The notes beneath the pieces are model-generated. The model saw only the letters and a program-made list of their open reading frames with translations, had not been told where the DNA came from and ran no database searches. The translations under genes and the position numbers were made by a program. A stretch of 62,943 bases of DNA, counting the filler, from Octopus bimaculoides (lineage: Eukaryota), in NCBI RefSeq assembly GCF_001194135.2. It is 7 parts of 6 records of this genome, joined end to end, with 100 filler letters (N's around TTAATTAATTAA, not from the genome) between each part and the next. Parts side by side here need not be neighbours in the genome. Positions count along the whole stretch, not along the records: positions 21,679 to 31,799 come from NC_069010.1; positions 31,900 to 38,137 come from NC_068990.1; 5 more parts are not named here. The stretch is one strand, 5' to 3'. Positions 26,029 through 34,940 of the stretch are shown piece after piece. Within the stretch, counting starts at the first letter, position 1. Every line of letters starts with the position of its first letter.

Positions 26029-26076
<48 letters not shown>

Positions 26077-26125
26077 CATTGAAAAATACCTTAGGAATGA
26101 GAACCCAGGTTCGAAATTTTCCCAA

Positions 26126-26171
26126 GACACCTGATGAAGACTGGAGGGTATATCAGCCGAAATGTTGTGTT
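26126..26171 (+). ncRNA. Minimal type-I hammerhead ribozyme motif (right arm)
   Basis: GACAC CUGAUGA A GACUG-GAGGGUAUAU-CAGCC GAA AUGU U GUGUU; helix I GACAC/GUGUU. Confidence 0.65.
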
Positions 26172-26728
26172 AACAACAAACAAGATGAGGACAAATATCC
26201 GTCAAATGTAAAATAATGTACAATTGGATTCTGAATCTGTTATATGATTCTCATACTCGTCAGGAAATTAATCAATTAATTGCCCAAGGTGTCATTGTGT
26301 CTCTCTGTTTTTTATATTGTCTTAAGATCATGCAAATTGCATAATGTATTGCATACTCTAGAGCTATGTCTATGTATCTTTCTCATCAGAAACAATTGTC
26401 ACAGCATTTCAAATCCATTTGCTCGTTTGCTTATTGGTAATTTATGTCACACTCGATGTTTTTTTTTTTTCGGTGACTAAGTTGTTAGCTATTAGAATTG
26501 CGGATTTCCCAACAAAAGTGTCTTCACTTCATCGGTGCCATCCATGCTGATAATGGATTACTTCACTGTATGCTCTATGTGTAATTTTGCCTAGCCAATC
26601 AATGGTGTGCTACACATTAATGTGCCTCGATTCTTTGTGGATCTTTCATAACTGAAATATATAAACACACACACTCATACATACATACATACATATATAT
26701 ATACACACACACATATATATGTGCATGC

Positions 26729-26770
<42 letters not shown>

Positions 26771-27686
26771 NNNNNNNNNNNNNNNNNNNNNNNNNNNNNN
26801 NNNNNNNNNNNNNNNNNNNNNNNNNNNNNNNNNNNNNNNNNNNNNNNNNNNNNNNNNNNNNNNNNNNNNNNNNNNNNNNNNNNNNNNNNNNNNNNNNNNN
26901 NNNNNNNNNNNNNNNNNNNNNNNNNNNNNNNNNNNNNNNNNNNNNNNNNNNNNNNNNNNNNNNNNNNNNNNNNNNNNNNNNNNNNNNNNNNNNNNNNNNN
27001 NNNNNNNNNNNNNNNNNNNNNNNNNNNNNNNNNNNNNNNNNNNNNNNNNNNNNNNNNNNNNNNNNNNNNNNNNNNNNNNNNNNNNNNNNNNNNNNNNNNN
27101 NNNNNNNNNNNNNNNNNNNNNNNNNNNNNNNNNNNNNNNNNNNNNNNNNNNNNNNNNNNNNNNNNNNNNNNNNNNNNNNNNNNNNNNNNNNNNNNNNNNN
27201 NNNNNNNNNNNNNNNNNNNNNNNNNNNNNNNNNNNNNNNNNNNNNNNNNNNNNNNNNNNNNNNNNNNNNNNNNNNNNNNNNNNNNNNNNNNNNNNNNNNN
27301 NNNNNNNNNNNNNNNNNNNNNNNNNNNNNNNNNNNNNNNNNNNNNNNNNNNNNNNNNNNNNNNNNNNNNNNNNNNNNNNNNNNNNNNNNNNNNNNNNNNN
27401 NNNNNNNNNNNNNNNNNNNNNNNNNNNNNNNNNNNNNNNNNNNNNNNNNNNNNNNNNNNNNNNNNNNNNNNNNNNNNNNNNNNNNNNNNNNNNNNNNNNN
27501 NNNNNNNNNNNNNNNNNNNNNNNNNNNNNNNNNNNNNNNNNNNNNNNNNNNNNNNNNNNNNNNNNNNNNNNNNNNNNNNNNNNNNNNNNNNNNNNNNNNN
27601 NNNNNNNNNNNNNNNNNNNNNNNNNNNNNNNNNNNNNNNNNNNNNNNNNNNNNNNNNNNNNNNNNNNNNNNNNNNNNNNNNNNNNN

Positions 27687-27740
<54 letters not shown>

Positions 27741-28094
27741 TCGCATGTGTATGTATACACACATACTTATATATACATATATATATATATAATTATGTCT
27801 ATATCTGTCTAGATATCTCTGTCTTCCTCTCTCTCTCTCTCTCTCTTTCTGATCACAATTATTTCTTAATTGTTTAATACTCCATGTCTTACCTTAATGA
27901 CCGACTTATCTGTTGAGTACATACATCTCTCTACACGTATATGTACGTATGTATATACACACATTTGTAGTTGGTTTGCTGTTCCTCAGCATCTCAAACC
28001 GATTAACATTTATTCATTTATTTGTCTGTATTGCATCTATGCCTGCATGCATGCATGTGTGTGTGTGTGTATGTGTGTGTGTGTAGGTGTGTGG

Positions 28095-28350
28095 TTTAAT
28101 GTTTATGAGCATTGTACTGATGATCGCAAGATTGTAGTTTCAATTCGGTTACTGGGCAGCGCGTTCTGATTTTGTGCAAAACACTTTATTTTCACATTGA
28201 CCCAGTTGACCTGGTCAGCAACAGTGAGCAGCCCTTTGAGGGACTGGCATCCCATCCAGGAGTGTGTGTGGAATATATATGTCATAGAATATGTAAACAA
28301 AAAAAAATTGTGGACCCTGGCCTCGTGAGACTATGGCTTGGAGAGGACCT
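28095..28350 (+). mobile_element. Diverged tRNA-derived SINE with a V-SINE-like core
   Basis: Decayed tRNA head, GCAAAACACTTTATTTTCACATTG, GGACTGGCATCCCATCCAGG; superfamily assignment from memory. Confidence 0.5.
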
Positions 28351-28384
28351 GTGATCCCTTCATTATTTTAATTTTTTTTTTTTT

Positions 28385-28422
<38 letters not shown>

Positions 28423-28524
28423 CATGAGAATGGTATGTATCAATAAGATGACAACATAGAAGAAGGGAGTAAAAGAATAAGGAGATGGAAAGAGAGAAGA
28501 AAAAATAAGCATGAAAGTTCGTAG

Positions 28525-28615
28525 TTTTATTGACCCCGCAAAAGGATGAAAGACATAGTTGACCTCGGTGGAACTTTGACCAATGTTCTAATGATTCTGT
28601 CAGCTCACCACCTTT
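28525..28615 (-). mobile_element. SINE family B fragment
   Basis: TTTTATTGACCCCGCAAAAGGATGAAAG...CTGTCAGCTCACCACC. Confidence 0.7.
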
Positions 28616-28849
28616 GAAAATTAAAAACAGGAATATTAATGAAACAGATATATAGACATAGGGACACAGGTAAACAGATGCATCTCCATTCTGCCTTTCA
28701 TCCTTTTAGGGGCCAATATATAAAAAACTATGAACTTTTATGCTGAAGTGGTGGAAAGGTTAAACTCCCTGCGGTTCCCCCAATTTCCAGAGCTGGCGTT
28801 TTAAAATTTCATTATTTTCTTTAACCTGGGCAATGCTGGGTTGTTTCTG

Positions 28850-29035
28850 GACATGGTTCTGTGGTTAGGAAGCTTGCTTCTCAGCCACATGGTTTCGGGT
28901 TCAGTCCCACTGCGTGGCACCTTGGGCAAGTGTCTTCTGCTATAGCCCTGGGCCGACCGAAGCTTTGTGATTGAATTTGGTAGGCGGAAGTTACTGCCGT
29001 GTGCATATATATGTCTGTGTATGTGCTTGTGCCTC
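28850..29035 (+). mobile_element. SINE family A, 5' half
   Basis: CCACATGGTTTCGGGTTCAGTCCCACTGCGTGGCACCTTGGGCAAG. Confidence 0.85.
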
Positions 29036-29090
29036 TCTCCCAGAGAGTGAGAGGGGGGAATTGTTAAACAAGACATCAAACATTAAGGCA

Positions 29091-29270
29091 GTTCAAATTC
29101 CGCTGAGGTCAGCTTTGCCTTTCTTTCTTCCAGGGTCAGTAAATTAAGTACCAGTCGAACACTGGGGTCAATGTAATCGACTTAACTTATCTCTTCTCCC
29201 CCCCCCCCCNNNNNNNNNNNNNNNNNCCCAAAAAAAATTGCTGCCCTTGTGGTAAAATTTGAACCCAGTA
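29091..29270 (+). mobile_element. SINE family B copy, near-identical to 23103-23262
   Basis: Shares diagnostic variants with the 23.1 kb copy. Confidence 0.85.
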
Positions 29271-29667
29271 TTTTTTTCTTTTCATTTTTTTATTATTATT
29301 CTACTTTATTGTAACCTTTATCTAACACACACACACACACACACGTGCACGCACACATACACACAGTACTGAGATCAGCAGGCGTTGATTTTTATATGAC
29401 TAATTGCTGCTCTGACCATCTATGTTAGTTAATGTGTAACTCTGTGTATGCTTAGTCACTTGATTGTTGGTTTATTATAATAACCAGGTCATGTATTAAT
29501 CAGTTACTGTGTTGTCTCCTATGGAGAACTGTTTGTTTCACTAACATACTTCTTTGAGAGTGTGTGTTTATTTGTGTGTGTCTGTGTATGAGAGAATACA
29601 TCAGAGGTTTTCGTTGAGGCTCACTCAAAAAAAAAAAACAAGTGATGTTCGGTTACTGGTATATATA

Positions 29668-29955
29668 TATATGTAGATCATTGCCAGTTCCCCTTGTGTG
29701 GGTGGCACATAAAAGACACCATTTTGAGCGTGGCCGTTGCCAGTACCGCCTGACTGGCCTTCGTGCGGGTGACACGTAAAAGCACCCACTACACTCTCTG
29801 AGTGGTTGGCGCTAGGAAGGGCATCCAGCTGTAGAAACTCTGCCAAATCAGATTGGAGCCTGGTGTTGCCATCCGGTTTCACCAGTCCTCAGTCAAATCG
29901 TCCAACCCATGCTAGCATGGAAAGCGGACGTTAAACGACGATGATGATGATGATG
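29668..29955 (+). mobile_element. Family C RTE-derived non-autonomous element, most complete copy
   Basis: GGTTGGCGCTAGGAAGGGCATCCAGCTGTAGAAA motif, then an RTE-like 3' end and (GAT)n tail. Confidence 0.85.
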
Positions 29956-29993
<38 letters not shown>

Positions 29994-30098
29994 TGTGTGT
30001 CTGGATGTGTATGTGTATTTTTATATATCATCATCATCATGTAATGTCCGTCTTCAATGTTGGCATTGATCGGACAGTTTCACAGGAATTATATTCTT

Positions 30099-30129
<31 letters not shown>

Positions 30130-30194
30130 ATCTCAGAGGTTTTCTCAGAAACTGGCTCAAAAACAAAAGGGATATTCAGTCACTGGGGCAGAGA

Positions 30195-30387
30195 AAGAGA
30201 GACACACAAACACACACATATATATGACAGGCTTCTTTCAGTTTCCATCTACCAAATCCACTCACGAGGCTTTGGTCGGCCTGAGGTTATAGTAGAAGAC
30301 ATTTGCCCAAGATGCCACGCAGTGGGACTGAACCCGGAACCATGTGGTTGGTAAGCAAGCTACTTACCACACAGCCACTCCTGCGCC
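30195..30387 (-). mobile_element. SINE family A, 5' half
   Basis: Reverse complement of the family A head. Confidence 0.9.
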
Positions 30388-30935
30388 TGTGAATTTTTAC
30401 GTGTCATCATCATGATTATCATCATTTGATGGCCATCTTCAGTGCTGGCATGGGTTGGACAGTTCGNNNNNNNNNNNNNNNNNNNNNNNNNNNNNNNNNN
30501 NNNNNNNNNNNNNNNNNNNNNNNNNNNNNNNNNNNNNNNNNNNNNNNNNNNNNNNNNNNNNNNNNNNNNNNNNNNNNNNNNNNNNNNNNNNNNNNNNNNN
30601 NNNNNNNNNNNNNNNNNNNNNNNNNNNNNNNNNNNNNNNNNNNNNNNNNNNNNNNNNNNNNNNNNNNNNNNNNNNNNNNNNNNNNNNNNNNNNNNNNNNN
30701 NNNNNNNNNNNNNNNNNNNNNNNNNNNNNNNNNNNNNNNNNNNNNNNNNNNNNNNNNNNNNNNNNNNNNNNNNNNNNNNNNNNNNNNNNNNNNNNNNNNN
30801 NNNNNNNNNNNNNNNNNNNNNNNNNNNNNNNNNNNNNNNNNNNNNNNNNNNNNNNNNNNNNNNNNNNNNNNNNNNNNNNNNNNNNNNNNNNNNNNNNNNN
30901 NNNNNNNNNNNNNNNNNNNNNNNNNNNNNNNNNNA

Positions 30936-31210
30936 AAGCGTATTTAATCTCCATACCTTCGTTTTATTTGCTTTTTTCATTTTAAATTTGCTTTAACCCT
31001 AACCCTAACCCTAACCGTAGGGTTAGGGTTAGGGTTAATTGTTTCAGAATCGTTTGTTTATGTAGTCGGCACTTAATGTATATCGGCTGAATGGACATCA
31101 GTGATTGGTTGAAATTACAGAAATACGACAACTTTAACATGGAATAACTACCAAGTTTCAAAGTGTTTCGTTAATGAAAAATGTGGCCCCCGTTTTAAAA
31201 AAGATCCGTG
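30936..31210. mobile_element. Unclassified repeat containing an inverted (TTAGGG)n hairpin, possibly Helentron/HINE-like
   Basis: Perfect 21-bp inverted telomere-type repeat at 30993-31038; classification is inference. Confidence 0.35.
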
Positions 31211-31234
31211 ATACTGAGGGAGCTGGTTTTTTTG

Positions 31235-31515
31235 TATCAGATGAGAATTTAGTGATGGTGATTTCAATTCTCAGAGCAGGTAGTCTCTTGTGTTTTTTGA
31301 GCAAAACACCTTTGTTTCATGCTGCTCTGCGATCATTCCGACACCTGATGTGTGGCACATCAATGTGCCTGTACAGGTGATGTCGACTCGATGAGGGAGG
31401 AGCAAGCTAATGTTTAACACAGACATTTGACCTTTGTAAGCAGATCCTCTGTGTGCTTGTTCGGGAAGAAAATGTGGAACCCTTATCTGTCCTCTAACGA
31501 CAGGAGAGTCCGTGA
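31235..31515 (+). mobile_element. Diverged tRNA-derived SINE (family D)
   Basis: Decayed head (GATTTCAATTCTC), TTGAGCAAAACACCTTTGTTTCATGCTGCTC block typical of SINE bodies. Confidence 0.5.
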
Positions 31516-31587
31516 GAAACATATAAATAAATACAACACACACACACATACGTGTATGTATTTATATGTATATATTTACATGTATAT

Positions 31588-31799
31588 ATCATCATCATCG
31601 TTTAACGTCCGCTTTCCATGCTAGCATGGGTTGGACGATTTGACTGAGGACTGGTGAAACCGGATGGCAACACCAGGCTCCAGTCTGATTTGGCAGAGTT
31701 TCTACAGCTGGATGCCCTTCCTAACGCCAACCACTCAGAGAGTGTAGTGGGTGCTTTTACGTGTCACCCGCACGAAAACGGCCACGCTCGAAATGGTGT
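31588..31799 (-). mobile_element. Family C copy, nearly identical to 29740-29955 in inverted orientation
   Basis: ORFs 29625-29882(-) and 31654-31851(+) give almost identical peptides; 22-bp internal deletion; runs into a scaffold join. Confidence 0.9.
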
Positions 31800-31900
31800 N
31801 NNNNNNNNNNNNNNNNNNNNNNNNNNNNNNNNNNNNNNNNNNNTTAATTAATTAANNNNNNNNNNNNNNNNNNNNNNNNNNNNNNNNNNNNNNNNNNNNA

Positions 31901-31960
31901 ACGGCAGACGAAAGCTAAGCATTTCGCCCCGCGTGCTAACGTTTCTGCCAGCTCACCGCC
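31901..31960 (-). mobile_element. SINE family B head
   Basis: GCTAAGCATTTCGCCCCGCGTGCTAACGTTTCTGCCAGCTCACCGCC. Confidence 0.8.
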
Positions 31961-32115
31961 TATCATCTTTCTACATACTCATATCTTTCTCTCTCTCTCT
32001 CTCTCTCTATCAGCTTAACCTCCACATTCCTACTATCAATTTATTTTGACTGACCACTAACCTTTGGAAACAATTCAAACTTTGTGCGAGTCCATACCTC
32101 GTAGAATTCATTACG

Positions 32116-32571
32116 CTCTGCAGTAATTCTGGGAGCTGTACTTTTGTGATCCTTTCTAACAATTCGCGTAAGAGTTTGACGATCCCAATCTGAAAGTTTT
32201 GGTTTTCTTCTGGAGTTTTGTTTCGAGGAGGAGGTTTTTCCCTCTTTCTCAAAGGCTGTCGTTACTTTCGAGACATTACTTTTTGATACACCAAACATTT
32301 CGGCTGTTTTCGTAACGCTAGCGCCTGCCATACGAGCACCGACAATTTGACCACTTTGAAAGTCCGATAGATCTGTCATTTTAATGAATTTTAATTACCT
32401 TTTTCTGATGATATCTGAAAAGGAACAGCAATTTTAGCAAAACATATTAAACAATACTAATATTAAAAAAAAAAAAAACATAGAAATAAACTAGCTTTTG
32501 ACGGTTTTATAGATATTTCAAAATTATGATGATATGATGCTAGGTGCTTCCATCATTCTATCCAACCCCTG
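32116..32571 (-). mobile_element. Tc1-family DNA transposon 5' end: TIR plus transposase DNA-binding domain, truncated
   Basis: Terminus TA-CAGGGGTTGGATAG at 32571; ORF MTDLSDFQSGQIVGARMAGASVTKTAEMFGVSKSNVSKV...RKPKLSDWDRQTLTRIVRKDHKSTAPRITAE is a Tc1 paired-like HTH; no DDE domain. Confidence 0.88.
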
Positions 32572-33913
32572 TATATATATAGCTAGGAGGGTAGGTAGGT
32601 AGGTAGGTAGGTAGGTAGGTAGGTAGGTAGGTATATACACCTACATAGATATTTTTCATGAGTCTTTTTTCTATTCCAAGTATATGATAACGTTCGTCAC
32701 ACAATGATATGCTTAACATTTGTTTTTAGTTTCCATATTTCCTCTTTCTTACATATATTATCACAACTTTGCTTTCCATAAACTATGCTAACCCTTTCCA
32801 CTTTAAGTCTTTGCAGCTGTTGTTGCTGTGTTGTTGTTGTTGTTGATGTCGTCCTCCTTGTTATCTTCGTCGTCATCTTTGTCATCGTCATCGTTATCGT
32901 GGACGTCCTTATCCTTGTTTAACCCTTGGCTGTCCCTGATTAAGTAGGTTTATGCTAATAGTCGTATAAGCCATAGCTATCTTGTTTACTTGATTTCGTG
33001 TTTTAAGTTATAAATTATCTGAAGCAAAATTATGTAATGTACGCCTTGTTTGAAACTCTTGGACGCTATCAGAAGATTATGCTGCTGCTACCTCTGAGGA
33101 CTAGGGATCACATATAGGCTTCTTCATTGGTTTTTATGGATGTGTTATTTCTTTCAATTTGCACCTTTATGATTAAATATTAAAATACAAATTGATTAAT
33201 GTAGTTCTAGATTTACAGGATACAATAATAAAAGTTACGGAGATGTACTTGCATAGCAAGTGACCTTGTGTAAAAGGCAGAATGATTACGACTGAACGAC
33301 ATTTTATCTAATGTCTCCTGGATCAGGATTAAATTAGAACTACAGGGAAATCGCTATGTCGTATCTAGCCCTACTAGAAATACCAAGTGTTTTTCCAAAT
33401 TGAACTCTTTTGAAAATAAAGGAATGCATTCTATAATATAGCCTTGTGCACGGTATGTCTAAGCAAGAATAAGAGTAGAATAGCCATAGTTGGAAGGCTT
33501 TGATCTAAGCTCTTCTAGATCAAGGCTGATTTAGGATTCAACAACTACAAACAAATGAGAGATACTGTATGCACTCGTTCGAACTACAAGAAATAGCACC
33601 CAATTTTCTTTGACATCAGACGTATATTCTCTGAGGAAATAAATGGATTCGTTAGATAACGCCGTTAGTCCTAGATTCCCATAAGAATTTGAGATAGCTC
33701 GCGGTTGAAACATTATTGATATATCTAGAATAACAAGAACCACAGTATAACTCGCTTGTGCGATCATTTAAGTTCAGCGTAGTAGTTTAACATTTCAAAA
33801 TCAGCCGAAATTAATATAATACTGGATCGACGATCGTATTTAAGACACTGCATTGATATCCAGAGCTATACAATAGACTGCATAATATATGAGGTCGATA
33901 AGGGGTCATGACA

Positions 33914-33945
<32 letters not shown>

Positions 33946-34500
33946 ACTGTTGTTGCTTATAGGAACAAGTGTTTCTCTTTACGCCATCTTCACATACATT
34001 ATTTTTCGAACCACCACAAACACTTCTCCGTGCAAAATATTTAAGGACGAAGGATGGAGGCGTTGTGTGGGGTAGGGTTAGGAGTTTATCTCACTTTAGA
34101 AACACCCCATGTTGAGTATTGTAATCACACAAAAAAATTAGATACGGTGTCTATAATAAAGGGTTTCTAGCAGTTGTTGATGTAGTTATTACTATTGTTG
34201 TTGTGTTTGCAGACCATCGTACAACTATGTGAACCCACTTCACCAACTGACATTGTTTTAATTAGGGTCCTTAAAATTCTATCTACTTTAGCGCTAGATA
34301 TAATAATATACAGGATATCCCAATCTGAATTGATATTAACCGCACACAAGTGGTTCAGCGTAAATATGGACCTCTAAAAACAAATTCATCGTAAGGAATT
34401 CTTCCTTCTCTCTCCTTATCTTTCGTTATACATACATACATACATACATACATACATACATACATACATACATACATACATACATACATACGTATATATG

Positions 34501-34537
<37 letters not shown>

Positions 34538-34882
34538 NNNNNNNNNNNNNNNNNNNNNNNNNNNNNNNNNNNNNNNNNNNNNNNNNNNNNNNNNNNNNNN
34601 NNNNNNNNNNNNNNNNNNNNNNNNNNNNNNNNNNNNNNNNNNNNNNNNNNNNNNNNNNNNNNNNNNNNNNNNNNNNNNNNNNNNNNNNNNNNNNNNNNNN
34701 NNNNNNNNNNNNNNNNNNNNNNNNNNNNNNNNNNNNNNNNNNNNNNNNNNNNNNNNNNNNNNNNNNNNNNNNNNNNNNNNNNNNNNNNNNNNNNNNNNNN
34801 NNNNNNNNNNNNNNNNNNNNNNNNNNNNNNNNNNNNNNNNNNNNNNNNNNNNNNNNNNNNNNNNNNNNNNNNNNNNNNNNNN

Positions 34883-34940
<58 letters not shown>

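Larger units (their letters stand above)
25636..26220. mobile_element. Palindromic dimer of a tRNA-headed, hammerhead-containing non-autonomous element (PLE-pLTR/retrozyme-like)
   Basis: 25636-25892 is the reverse complement of 25961-26220; each arm = CATATG + A/B-box tRNA head + (TAA)n + about 140 bp body containing a hammerhead core; a truncated third head sits at 25887-25942. Confidence 0.8.

Noticed and set aside
25887-26030. tRNA-like sequences as real tRNA genes
   Set aside because: No acceptor-stem complement and mismatched anticodon stem; they are SINE-type promoter heads.
26617-27877. 300-400 aa ORFs in the supplied track (also at 10.1, 30.4, 34.4, 40.0, 43.7, 49.1, 51.0, 59.8 kb)
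   Set aside because: Composed of N gaps and dinucleotide repeats.
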